DNA of 62,471 bases, counting the filler, from Choristocarpus tenellus KU-1152 (taxonomy: Eukaryota; Protista; Phaeophyceae): the NCBI GenBank assembly GCA_964200185.2. It is 6 parts of 6 records of this genome, joined end to end, with 100 filler letters (N's around TTAATTAATTAA, not from the genome) between each part and the next. Parts side by side here need not be neighbours in the genome. Positions count along the whole stretch, not along the records: positions 47,854 to 54,968 come from CAXNAD020006669.1; positions 55,069 to 58,402 come from CAXNAD020020736.1; positions 58,503 to 62,471 come from CAXNAD020016860.1; 3 more parts are not named here. One strand, 5' to 3'. The position numbers were made by a program, and so were the translations under genes. Shown here piece after piece: positions 50,331 to 62,471 of the stretch. Each line of letters opens with the position of its first letter. Position 1 is the stretch's first letter. The notes under the pieces are model-generated. The model was not told where the DNA came from, made no database searches, and saw only the letters and a program-made list of their open reading frames with translations.

Positions 50331-51621
50331 TGTATGGACCTCCCAAATGGAGGAGTTGGATTCGCTATAGTTACAGTGTAAAATTTACTCCAGTATAACT
50401 TAGACTAAATCTAAGGTTTCAAGATATATTACGGTGTCAGAAAACACGATAAGAGCAAATTTCATGGACTAAGATTGCCCTCGTGCTTCAGTTTTTGGTA
50501 TTTGTTTGGCGTACATTCATTTTGAAAAGAACTACACCTTCATCTCCTAACCTGATACCTACCTTCCTCGCTGGTCATCAGGCGATCGGTATACCTCAAG
50601 CGTCCTGTACGTGCTTCATCGCCATCTGTAGGCTTGTGGACTGGAGCTACAAATTCCGTGAAGGTAACCTATGGGGTGTTTTGTAACATAATTGTGGTTC
50701 AGGAACGTTTTTCTAGGTGGGGAGGAGGAGGGTAGCAGGGAAGAACGTTTGGTGCAAATTCAAGCTGGTAGGGTGTAGAGGGGAGTAGTTGTAGAAACTG
50801 ATCAAAATTAGGAGGAAAGAATTTACCTTGTGTATGAAGGTCTTGACCCCTCGAGGTAGGATTCCTTCACACTGTGCCTTGAATCATAATCTGCTGGTCC
50901 TTGCACACTGTCTTGTAGAACGCAAAGAAGCCACCAAAACGTATCCTTCCATTTCAAGACGCCAAGTTTCGAGCTTGCAGCAGTATGGTACGTCATTCAG
51001 TTGATTGTGAGAGAGGATCCCACAACTACGTAACCTGCACGTGCCTTGTACACTTGAATGCCGTCTCCCCGCCAGCTTGAATAGACCACAACTCCGGTAA
51101 GGATCGTACGCACTCTCCAGCAGGTCCATCTTGCTGCTACAGCACAACTGAGATACAGATCTTTGAGCTCTACTGTCAGCCTACTGGAGTCCTCCCACGT
51201 ACCACACTTGCTGTATATGAACGCCAGAGGAACATAGGTCGTGTTTGAAGAAAGTAGCTGGACAACACGTAGCAAAGTAGAATACTTGTTAGAATTAAGA
51301 CTTGCTTACCATCATGTACTCCAGGTACAAACACTGAAAGCAATATTATGCAACACTTACATATTCGTTACATCTGATGATCAAAATACTGAACGTCCAA
51401 CTCCAGAAAGGTACTCCTGTCATGTCTGGTTCTCCAACCAACATTTGTAGACATCACACTCTGTGATACACCCCCTTGGATCCCGATCTTCCATTTGAGA
51501 TGGGATTTTTTGCCCCAGGTAGTTAGATGCTTCCATTGATTTTTCCTTGGAGCATTGCCATTAACACTCGAAATTCCATCTGTGTGCGAGGACTGATGCG
51601 TCATGCCCTACATTTCCTCTT

Positions 51622-51879
51622 GAGTAAAAGTATCGTAGAGGGTACGAGTTTTGCCCTGTTTGTCCATTTGGGGCGTGGCTTCCAATTTATTTTTTTATGA
51701 CATTTTCTTATTCAAAATGTTTCGGAGAAGGCCAAATGTATTCGTCATGAAAAGGTGTGTCCGGAACATGGATACTGATATTTCCTAACAAACACGATAG
51801 CCAAAATTACATCAAAATCGCAACATTGGAATTTGGGCCCTAGATGGACGCGGTTCTACCCTCTAAGATACTTTAGGTC
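51622..51879 (+). mobile_element. MITE family A, full copy
   Basis: GAGTAAAAGTATCGTAGAGGGTAC...TACCCTCTAAGATACTTTAGGTC with a 4-bp TSD, TCTT/TCTT. Confidence 0.92.
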
Positions 51880-53149
51880 TCTTAGAAAGTATCACTGCAC
51901 TTCTTCCATTAGGAGAAAAAAATCAGGTTGTCGTCCTTGTATTGACTTTCGTAAATTAGTGGTAGTGAGATCAACCACACCCAGAAAATTTGCAGCACAG
52001 CAACATTTTCTTACCATCTCCTCAAGGTCTGCTGACCTGGAAGATGTCCCCTGACTATTGTGAATCTTAACTTTCACTACAACGGGAAGAGAGAAAGGAA
52101 CAGGCCTAGCCACGCCTCCTCTTAAGGTCTTGGTTGTGGTCCAAACTCATGACAGTTCTCTCATTAATTTTGAGAACCGATAGAATATTGGTTCAAAGTA
52201 ATCGATAAGAATTTGTATCAACTCGGTTTTATGCTGTTGGTGAATGAGGAGCACGAGAAGTATGTAGAGCACTGCATAGCGCTCAGCAATGTGCACATGG
52301 CATAACATGAAAAATAAAGACAATCTGACTGGTGAGGGGCACTCCTGTGTCGCAAAATGTTGACTCAATATTGTTTTCTGTGCCCTTTCTCAATTGCCAC
52401 ATGCATGATCTCTTGCAGTATCCGAGACTGAATATTGCTCATGTCTCAATTTCAAGGTACAATAAGATCAAAGAAAAAAAAGGCTAATGATACAACTTCG
52501 GTACTTCTAGACCATTAGCACACTGTGGATCGTGATGCTAGATAGCAGCAACTACTGCTGTGACTGGACTACCTTCTTGGCATTCTCGACATCCTCCCAT
52601 GCACCCACCTCCATTCTGATGTACGCAGAAAGACTAGGAACTGTACTTTGCCAAAGTCCAGTTTCATTTTGGCAGAGACAACAATTAATGAAGTCGAAAG
52701 CATATGCTCCAGCCCTGAGAAGGAGAACAGCCAAAAGACTTTGGACAAGTTTGACCAAGTATGGAAGGATGAAAGTCTTTTTCACCACCACTCTGAAGCG
52801 GGTTGTTGAAGCTACTCTTTTCATCGCTCACATCATGGCCTGTCGCCATCTTGAAGGAGGCAACTCGCACTCATCCTGACCACTCCACATGTTCCCTCAT
52901 GAGACATCAACCACCCCTCTATCAGTAGGAGCTGAATTCCCACCACACCTTTCAGGGCAAGCTCTGGCAAAGTTCAATTGCTTCTTCGCTGACTGGGGCT
53001 GTGGATTTTCCACACGCAGGCAGTGTGTGTCCTATGATGTAATATGCCTAACGTGTGTAGCATGTCCTGTGATGATTGCTCTGCCTCTAGGATACCAATG
53101 ACATATACTACTATGCGACCCCAAACTGTACTATGCTCTACTTGTGGAA

Positions 53150-54750
53150 TGCCGATAAGGTGCTAGGTCTCAGGGTCCAGGCAGGTAGCCAGCACCAGCT
53201 TACACTTCAACCTTTTGGGTTGCCTACACTGACCCTCGGAGTAAACATGATACCGGCCCCATTGCCAAGATGATCGGAAAAACTCCCATTACATCTTTTG
53301 TGCACAGCAACATGTCCATCTTTGTAACCCCAATGTAGCTCCTCCTTGTCATCGTGGGGAAGTTGAGGAAGGAGTTCAAACTAGTCCACTAGTTGAAGGA
53401 GGTCAATACGTAGATGGAAGATATCCGCATAAGGATGTCACATAGGTATCACTCTCAAGGGATTTCTGGACTTTCTTGATGGGCACCCAGAATTTCTTCT
53501 ATCAGAGGCGGGAGCTGAATACGGAGAAATAGTAGCCAGCCATAGGACGAAAAAAAAAGGTTTAAAGGATATGTTGAATACTCTGTACTAGTATAAAGGA
53601 AACGGGTGCTGTGATTGACAGAAAGTTTATATTCTACTCAGATATGTATGAATGTATTACTACAAAGAGTTTAGCGGTTGACCTTCCCTTCTTACAAGCT
53701 ATAATCAAATATATTTTATTTCCCGATGTCCACATCTTCACATCTCACACCTCCCACTGGAACGTCAGGCCAACCTGAATGTCGTCAAGTCTCTCACTTC
53801 CTGTTCCACCATGGCGAATCTAGACCATCAATATGTAATTACCTTGTATATTGCTTTTCGGTTTAGTATTAATCTTGAAGCATTCTTCTAAGTGGTCCTT
53901 TCGCTGACTGGACTTGAAATAGACATTTTCCTTTGCCCTGACTGCTGCCATGGCCAACTTCACCCCTTTTCCGTTGATAGTGACACCCATTATACTCTCT
54001 AAAACAGTGGAAAATGAAGACATGGTGCGGGATTTTATTATCACCTTCTAACAGGCGACCCATCTTCACCATTATGCTTCGCAGTCAAAAACAGGTATGT
54101 CTCCACATGTTCAGTGAGCCCGTGTTCTCTCCACATTTTCTACAAGTTGTCGGATAGATCCTCTCTGGAGGTGGTTCCTGAATTATTTACACAGCCCAGA
54201 GAAGAACAATGAGCCTGAATGCATCATCGATCCAGGATACATTAATGAGTGGGAGGTGTGATCTGAGGGCCCAGTCCAATCATCTGTTGAGGTCATGACC
54301 ACATTTTCGTCATGAAGCATTTCCTCAACCTTGGGCAGAGGTCTTTTAGGACAGGGCTCAGTAAATCGAGGAGTTGGCGTTGATTTGGTCTTACAACCCT
54401 TCCATTAATGGCGTGGATCATCTTCTTGGAATGACTAAAATCTCCAACACCTGCATTAGGATAGTGCAGAGGTGAGAGGTTGAGGTGCAAACTTTGTTTA
54501 CCATAGGGCATCATATGAGGGGAAAATGAGCTATGAGAGGGAGTGTGCTCGAGACAAAAGTGTTACAGCGACGATATGAAGAGAAGCAAAAGACGGGAAA
54601 AGGTGAAAGGGTAGGACGCAAGAATGTCTTATCACAAGCGTTTGGCAGTCCATTACCACCCACCAGCACAGAACCTTAACCCAATCGGTTATGTTTGCTG
54701 TGAAGAATAAGTCGACACACCTCTCCATCTTCAATCAACAAGATCCCTCG
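53150..54750 (-). pseudogene. hAT transposase relic
   Basis: STDDWTG (~54270-54295) resembles the first catalytic motif TxDxWT. VYFKSSQR resembles VxYFxxS, and FPIILAM (~53260) resembles the start of hATC. Many frameshifts. Confidence 0.5.
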
Positions 54751-54916
54751 TCTCCATTCTTCCACCTCTTGAAGTCTCGAGAATCTTCGTTGGACCCAGA
54801 CTTGGAGCAAAGGAGGTGGTTCCTCAGGATTAAGATCGATCGTGTGTTCTTGTTACCCTTTCGACAAAAACAAAAGAAATAACCAAATATTTTCCAACCT
54901 TTTCAGTTTGTTTTGA

Positions 54917-54968
54917 GACTCAAAATATCTGGGGGGGGGTTGGCGGCTGTCCATTTGGGGTCAATTTT
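54917..54968 (+). mobile_element. MITE family B, truncated by a linker
   Basis: GACTCAAAATATCTGGGGGGGGGTTGGCGGCTGTCCATTTGGGGTCAATTTT, followed by Ns. Confidence 0.85.
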
Positions 54969-56334
54969 NNNNNNNNNNNNNNNNNNNNNNNNNNNNNNNN
55001 NNNNNNNNNNNNTTAATTAATTAANNNNNNNNNNNNNNNNNNNNNNNNNNNNNNNNNNNNNNNNNNNNGGGCAGGGAGGAAGTAGTAAGAGCAAGAAAAA
55101 GGCCAAGCAAAAGGCGGAAAACAACTCACTGAAAGGAATGGCCTTTGGATTCAAGTAGAAGATGATGGAATTGAACCAGAATTGATGGTAGGTGCGTGTT
55201 TTGTTCATTATTTCCTGGCTCAGGGTTTACCTTGGAGGTACAGGATGCAAGACTATGCCGTGGTGAGGTACACAGCTTTATGTTTCCTTCTGCCTCACTT
55301 TGTGCCCCTGACCACTGTTTGTAGTGAGTTTTGTGGAGTTATGGAGACTGCCTTGTTACTTGGTGTCTTTTCAAGGATGTGCAGCTCAAGATACACAGAC
55401 TAGAAATGTAGCAAGCTGAGGAAGATACTTGCTGTCTCGTAGTTCATTCCTGCTTCTACTCTGGAGTATATGTGATTAGTTTGTTTTGAAATCCAACTGC
55501 AGGTGAATTGCAAACATAGATAGCGCGCATTCACTTCTAAGCAATGTTTTCTGACTTGAGGTACTCTCAGGTGTCCAGTCAGCACTCACCCCTCCATTCG
55601 CATCAGAGTACTTTTCTTTGTGTGTATGTGCAGAGTTGATTGATGATTTCTGTAAATTTGTTGGAAAGAGAAGACAACAAGATGCGCCATACAACTTGAT
55701 CTCTTCAAAATAATCTGGGCATACTTCCACAACACTATGACGCTGTGTGATGAGGACCTTCAAGTCTGCATCATACGAAGAGGCGATTTTTGCTTGAGCA
55801 ATAAAACAAAACTCGGGGATTTGCTGTTTCATAGTATTACAAAGCAATGCTTTGTCTGCCTTACCAATATTAGGGTGTAAGCGATTGTATAGTGTGACCT
55901 TGGTGATCCAGTGGTTTCCCTCTCAACTCTTTGTTTACCTTGCAGTTGCAGCATGTGCCTGTCAATAAGGAACCAAAGTATTATCTTTCATTTGTACATG
56001 CACTGTTTTTTTTTTATACCTCAACTCTTTAATTATTTCTGGTGTGCAATGGAAGTAGGATGTAATTGATATGTATGCAGTATTATCAAAATTATGTGGT
56101 AGAGTTAGAAAATGGATATAATTTAAGCTTGTAATACTTAAGACCAATCATATATTTAGATGTTAATTATTTTTAGGAACTAGGTCGTACTACTTCCTAA
56201 TCATTTAACTTGGTAGGAAGCAGCTTATCAGTTCTGAAAGTAGTAAGATACACGTAACATACGTATCTTGAGGGAGTTAACCTCTTTCCCAAAACATTTT
56301 TAGTGAGAAGGCACTCCCAGGAGACGATTCTAGA

Positions 56335-56513
56335 GGCTCAAAGTATCTGGGGGTTTGTGACAGCTGTCTATTTGGGGTCAATTTTTTCATGTCGCGACTT
56401 TTGAGTGATTGGGTTGCATACGTCCGATGGATAATGTAAATGCACTTTTCCTGATTTTGCCCAAATGGACACACTGGTGTAGACCCCCCTCCCCCCCCCT
56501 GATACTTTGGGTC
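56335..56513 (+). mobile_element. MITE family B, full copy
   Basis: GGCTCAAAGTATC...GATACTTTGGGTC with TSD AGA/AGA. Confidence 0.92.
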
Positions 56514-56599
56514 AGAGTGAGGTTCGCTTGAGGCCTCTATTTGGAAGGTTCTCTAGGTCTAGTCACTTCACAATAGAGGATAGACCGTGAATGACACTT

Positions 56600-58050
56600 T
56601 TCCATACCACTATCATAAAGTATACCAATCTAATGTTTATTTACAAACTTCACACCATCAACAACCCTGCGCGTCAGACATTCGTGTATGCGTAAAGTTC
56701 AGCATTATGGATAGTTGGGAAACAGATCTGATCGTTGTACCTGGGAGAAATTCATTGTGATAAATTGGGTGTTGACAAATAGGGATAGATACATCGGCAT
56801 AGTAGTGTCTAAGTCATCAATCGTAGATTGTGCGCTCCTTGTAGCAAACGTTGTTGTACTCGTTGGTATGATCCATGACGAAAATTGACAGATTAAGGCA
56901 TATCAGATGGTGGATACTAGTGTGTTATTCTGGGAAAGCTGAAAGTAGGGTAATGTGATCAGAGGTGTGGTAAATAGGGATACACAAATTTGTAGCGCTA
57001 CTCCTTGGTATCCGTAATGGCATTGACGGATTAATGGTATCTAGTGTGATGCTGCGTGAAAGTTATCATACCAGACCTAGCATGGTAATCAAGGCTGGCA
57101 AATAGGAATGAATACACTAGTTTGTAGTCATGTTGAGCGATCAGTAGTCATAATATGTACCACTCTTGTTGCAAACATTGTTATTCGAGTTTGGCTTAAT
57201 ACCTTCCCACTAGGTACCCAATTACCAAGAGGTTAACACTCTAACACACTGTCGTCATGAACTTAGAAACTCTTGGCGGGACAAATCACAGGTCGCATCA
57301 GCATGTGAGCATGTCGGAGGAGGAGTACAGTGCTCATATGCCTTATGCCGTGATCTTTCAGTCTAATTTAGTCCGTCGGAACTAGATGTAACAATGTAGT
57401 AGCAATCGGGCATTAACACTGACATGGCGTATGTGTACAGGATGAATGAAAACTTTAAGCACTTTGATGACAATCGACCAGTTGGGGCTAGAACGTGTAG
57501 AATAGGCCCCATATAGTTGGAGTACATTGTGTGTCTAGCTGCTTCTGCCGAGATAAATTCAACCTCCATTTCCACTTCTGGGGTAAATCAGAAGTTGCAG
57601 CTACCATGGGACCGGTATGAAGGAAGGTAGCACAAGGATGTCGAATGCTGCAGTCTTTCTTGTCAAACGTAACCCTTCGGAACTAGAGGTTAACAAGATC
57701 TGAGAAGGTCTTGTGGATACCATGCATGGATACGTGAAGCTCTTCTTGCGATAATCGACTAGTTGTAGTGGAACGGTGTGGATTTGGCCCTGGGCACACC
57801 AAGTTGGTTTGTATGTGGAGGAAATCCGCGCAGAGGATGAGACCCAAAGAATTCTCCTTGATGCTGATGATTAAAGATTGTCGACCGTCCTAGTGTCTAC
57901 ACTTTACGCTATTCGCACATTTTTATGCCCTACATAAGTGACAAAACTTGATGAGAATGTTGTGAGCGCTGGAGGGACTATGGACAGCAAATGACATCTC
58001 TTGGGGGATAATGAAAAATTGGTCGTTCTAAAGGAGCGATATTGTACGAC
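56600..58050 (-). pseudogene. Possible non-LTR (LINE) reverse transcriptase relic
   Basis: Degenerate LGVP..(S)PFHY at ~57770-57805 (like GVPQGxxxSP) is followed about 45 codons later by AAFDILV (like FADD). Weak evidence. Confidence 0.35.
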
Positions 58051-59059
58051 TCTACCCCTGCTTCAACATAAATGTAAAAAGGAGGGGGGGGAGAGAGATA
58101 ATATAATGGTGGAAAAGCGGGTGGTGGGCGTTCAGAGAGTGTGATATGTTTTGGTTTTCGGCGTAGGATAGGTCAGAAGATAGGGAGGAGGTAATAGGAG
58201 GACAGTGTAGAATTGAGGGAGGGAAGGTGGTAGAACTGCTGGACAACTCACTGAAATAGTGGGAGGAAGATATGCAGAAAGTGGTATCGTGGTAAGGGAT
58301 ACGATAGGGTAAAATAATTTAAGGTTTGGATTTGAGGGAAATGATAACCAACAAGTAGATAGCATATTTTATTATTATGCCCTCTGACATTTGGCAGATG
58401 TGNNNNNNNNNNNNNNNNNNNNNNNNNNNNNNNNNNNNNNNNNNNNTTAATTAATTAANNNNNNNNNNNNNNNNNNNNNNNNNNNNNNNNNNNNNNNNNN
58501 NNGACGGTCTTCCGTGTGTGTGTGGGGGTGAGGGGGGGGGGGGGTGACTGGAAATCAGTGACGAAGGGGGGTTCGCCCTGGTTGGTCATCTCATGGGGGG
58601 AGTGACTGGAAATCAGTGACGAAAGGGGTCGCACTGGTTGGTCATATCATGGGAGGTAAATAGGAAACCAGTGGCAAAGGGGTCACAATGGGCTGGTCAG
58701 AAGAGGGAATACATGGGGAAGGAAAGGAATGGAAAAATAGGGGAATGGTAAGCAAGGAATAAGTTAATAATAGTAATCCAGAATTCGTGAGCAAAACAAC
58801 TTCCAATAACATGATGAATTTTGACAAATCAACACACTCCTGTGACTTGTACAATTTGTGTCCGCAATGGTAAATCATTGTTAGAGGGATTCAAATCAAT
58901 GCATTTCTGGCAGGAGCTGTTTGTACATCTTTTCATATAGGAGAGTGGTACATATGAATATTTGTAAATATTTCATAGATGGGTGAACGGTACAACAAAT
59001 ATTTGTACACAGTTTATATATATATTATTTTGCCCACTGGTATTTTACAAATTTGTCAG

Positions 59060-59870
59060 GGGAAAAGCAGTTGTAAATGTGAAAGATATATTTCTATCAT
59101 CTATTTACTATTTGACTCCTGACTATGCTACACCACTCCCCTCCTATCCCTCCAACCTAGCTTATCCCTACACCACAGGGCGAGGAACTAGGGAAGCGCC
59201 CCAAGAATCTGACAGGCCCCTCCTTGCCCATCTCCCTGGTGTCTCCAGGTTAAAACTGTGCAATATAGACTGATAGTCTATATGGTTTATATGCATTTAG
59301 TGAACACCACTAGACAACAGGAATGTTGACTAAGCGGAACAAGTGGCGTCGACTTCTGTTAATGTGTGTGAAGTAATGAGTTCGAATCCAGATGTTCGGT
59401 TATTATTACTTGATATAAGTGGACTGGTGGAGTAGTTCTGACACAGTACATCTGCAAAATGTCAGAGGGCATAATAATAAAAACACACGAAATGTTTTCC
59501 CCTGACACATCTGTAAAATGCAGGAGAAATAATAACAAAAATATATGAGCACTGGCCACCGATATATGGTAAGAGAGGAAGTGGAAACTACAACAGAAAA
59601 GGAGCCGTCAAATCCCGCCTACACCAGATAGCCTCAGTCACAACGCAAGTTGCCCTATCTAGACGGGCCATGCGTTTTAAGCTGGAGTTACCAAGGAGAT
59701 GGGCAAGGATGAGTTTGTTAGATTCTTGAGATGCTTCCCTTGCTCCTCACCCTGGGGTGCAGGAATAGGTTTGAGACACAAGAAGGCAGTAGTACAACAT
59801 AGTAAAATTGGAAATAGGAAATAGGAAATAGATTAACGTTTTTCATTTTTGTGACAACTGTTACTTCCTT
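59060..59870. repeat. ~200-bp imperfect inverted repeat pair (59060-59257 / 59675-59870); a related copy lies at ~10510-10620
   Basis: CAAGAATCTGACAGGCCCCTCCTTGCCCATCTCCCTGG matches the reverse complement of CCAAGGAGATGGGCAAGGATGAGTTTGTTAGATTCTTG. Confidence 0.8.
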
Positions 59871-60242
59871 AGGGATTTTTCAGACGTGTGAATAGTTCTC
59901 ATTAGTTTTTCCCCTGCCACATCTACAAAATGTCAGAGGGCATAATAATAAAATATATGGTAGTATTTTTTCAATTTTTAAAAGTTAAGGGTGACCTTGA
60001 GTGTTATCGAATGTGGGGATGTCACACGGTGAACTGGGGTTTCAACAACATGCACTTTTATGGAGGGGGTTCGTACAATATTCATTACAGTCAGTGTACC
60101 TATATAAGGGAGGTCGATATAAGAGAAAAGGGATATTAGAGAGGGTACATTGGTTTCCCCCCTCACACATCTGCAAAATGACAGAGGGCATAATTATAAG
60201 AATATGAGAAAGGGTAAATTGCCTTATCACCGCTTTTCAGAC

Positions 60243-62272
60243 TGTAGGAGAGGTTTTGGCGTTTTCCTGCCAGTTCTCTCTTATATCGAGCAAACTCGCA
60301 CTTTTTGTCATTATTAGTTGACCGACAGGTTTCACAAAAAGTCATGTCTAAAGTTAAGCAAAATATAACAAAGTAAGGTCCAAACCTAATCGAGACCAGC
60401 AGTACACAGCATAGCAGTTTTTTTTTGTCTCTCAGTACTGCATAGTACAATGCATACAGTATATCACATCAAGTTTAGACGACAGCATTGTACAGATATA
60501 ACGATGCCCTGTGAAGTGGGATCCAGCTGCATCATACAGGGTAAAACTCTTGGTCCCACACAAAATACATGCCATAAGTGTCGTGTTTGTCGCGGCTATC
60601 TTCATGCATTTATGGCGTCGTGGATCCTTTTGGTGTCAGCGAAATGAAACACATGTGCAAATTGTGCGTGAGACCCAGCAAGCGCAAGGCATTGAGTCCT
60701 CCAGCCGGTGACAACACGGCATCGAAGCGCTATGATAACAAGAACAAGGGCAAGGGGAAGGTGCTGCCAAATAAAGCTACGGAGAAAGTGGCGTCCTACA
60801 AGCCTTGCGGTGCCCACAATCGTAAACGCTTGAGGTTTGCAGAGAAGGTGGAAGTGTTGACACTCCTGAAGACCATGACGGGAACTCGGTTGTTCTAAAG
60901 TTTGGAATCGGTCACAGCACCCTCTACAAGTTAAAGGAGGCAACACCACCATGGAGAAAGCGCTGACGCTGAAGTCTGACGCCAAGTCTACGAGGGGTGC
61001 CAAACATGTTGAGGTCTGTCAGCGCGTGGATTGAAAGTCTGAAAGTAGGTTGATTGTGATCGTGATTGGATAGTCTTTCTGCACTGCCTGCTGATGAGGA
61101 TCGTGATTGATTTTTTTTTCAACTTTGGGCGCTTTTCTGTCGTACTGTAATGTTGTATTGTGTGCTGTAGTATCACGGGTGGTCATTTTGCTCATAGATG
61201 GTGTTCCTATATATTAATGAGGATCTCTCCAATGCTCTTGACGCTCTGCATCTCAAACCCGGCGGAAAACCGTCTCAGACTTCCATCGACGCAGCAAGAA
61301 TGTGGATCGGTGTGGAAGATAATGATGAAGTGGCCAATGCGATACTAGAGGACATGAAAAACCAGCTGCTCAAGAAATCCTTGTACCAGTCAGACAATGA
61401 AATCTCGGGTGATGAGGATGACCACGGGTTTATGGGAGGGGCTAAAGCATCGGGGGCCGTGTGGAAAGGAGAAGCCTCTTCAGTGTTCTCGATTCCTCCA
61501 CCGCCGTACTCTCAAGTAGCTGACGAGTTTGCAAGCTTAGAAACAACCGCCGAAGACTACAGCATGAACGATGTTTCATACTATCTCCAAAGAGCAAAGC
61601 TGGCTTGGCTCAGCACAACCAGGGCAAGGGCAATCAAACAAGCGGACATCCTCGATTTGTTTGGCAATCATGATTTTCTTATTAGCGAGTAAGTTGTTTT
61701 ACTCAGTGTGTGCGATGGGGGGGTGCATGGTGGTGCAGCTACATTTGATCCGCGGTAGCGTTTTTTGATACTGTACTATATAATATCTTCTTTGTGGAGT
61801 GCAATTGTGTACGTAGGGCAGGGCATTGGAGGGAAATTTGCTTTGAAAGTTGATTTGATTTGAACTGCAAGTCGTCTGTTCCAGCCATCCAACGGCTGGC
61901 AGATGCTTTTCTTGGGAAGCTGTACTGCATATATGAGTGTAATTTGCCAAAGTTATCGTATTGTATACGTACGACAGGGGTATACCGTGCAGGGGTGGTG
62001 TAGATGTAGTGCTTGCTGCACCGCCATACCTTCATCGAAATGGGCTCACCGAGGGCACTGCTCAATACATATACCTACATGTAACTATTGTTGAAGGCAT
62101 ATATACGGGAAGCACATACAGCAAGGGCGCGTACAAACACTGCTGGTTGATATAACATAGGTTTCTCTTATCACGATCCCTCGGTATAAGAGAAAAAGAG
62201 CTCTTATATCAAATAAGAGAGGGTCGCGATATAAGAGAGGGTTTTTGGCTTGCCCGTACTCTCTCTTATACA
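60243..62272 (+). mobile_element. Internally deleted pogo/Tigger-like DNA transposon
   Basis: A frameshifted ORF from 60504 has a Cys-rich N-terminus, then RKRLRFAEKVEVL (CENP-B/psq-type HTH start). An acidic C-terminal ORF runs 61198-61692, and no DDE core is seen. Inverted subterminal motifs: CTCTCTTATATCG (~60276) and CGATATAAGAGAG (~62227). Boundaries are approximate. Confidence 0.6.
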
Positions 62273-62471
62273 GGTCACCAACTTTATTGAACAACAGAAT
62301 GAAGTAATAACTGTATACAATTACAATTGTAGTAGCAGTAAATAATTTTCTCTTCTATCAAATCACAAATAAAAGGTTTGTACGCAACTGTTCTCTTCTG
62401 TTAAATGACAATACAGTACCTACCCCGATTTTGTTCACCCCTGTGTATGCCCTAAAAAAGCGGCACACAAT

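Noticed and set aside
51910-51960. KKSGCRPCIDFRKL, resembling a Gypsy RT motif
   Set aside because: The flanking RT motifs (SP..SP, YPLP, YxDD) are not seen; probably chance.

Overview
This window is eukaryotic, intron-rich, transposon-rich nuclear DNA from a photosynthetic stramenopile, most likely a brown alga or relative (inferred from CCB4, a PhyA/Gnt1 pair and long introns). It is not one continuous locus: five identical 100-nt linkers (44 N + TTAATTAATTAA + 44 N) join six separate pieces, so several genes are truncated at linkers. Genes with phase-consistent exon chains: a PP2C phosphatase (-) whose 8.8-kb intron holds a Copia relic and a hAT relic, a NEK-like kinase (+) head-to-head with it, CCB4 (-), arsenite methyltransferase AS3MT/ArsM (+) with an upstream presequence-like exon missed by the ORF track, a Derlin (-), and an EGLN/PhyA-type prolyl 4-hydroxylase followed closely by a Gnt1-like (GT60) GlcNAc-transferase (+). 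There is also one tRNA-Lys(CTT). The rest is decayed mariner, pogo/Fot1, hAT and LINE sequence, two MITE families with a shared 13-bp terminus, and several minisatellites, including a 77-bp array with higher-order structure. The best leads are the putative PhyA-Gnt1 O2-sensing/Skp1-glycosylation fusion, the possibly mitochondrion-targeted AS3MT, and the shared-TIR MITE system. All calls come from reading the sequence by eye; no searches were run.
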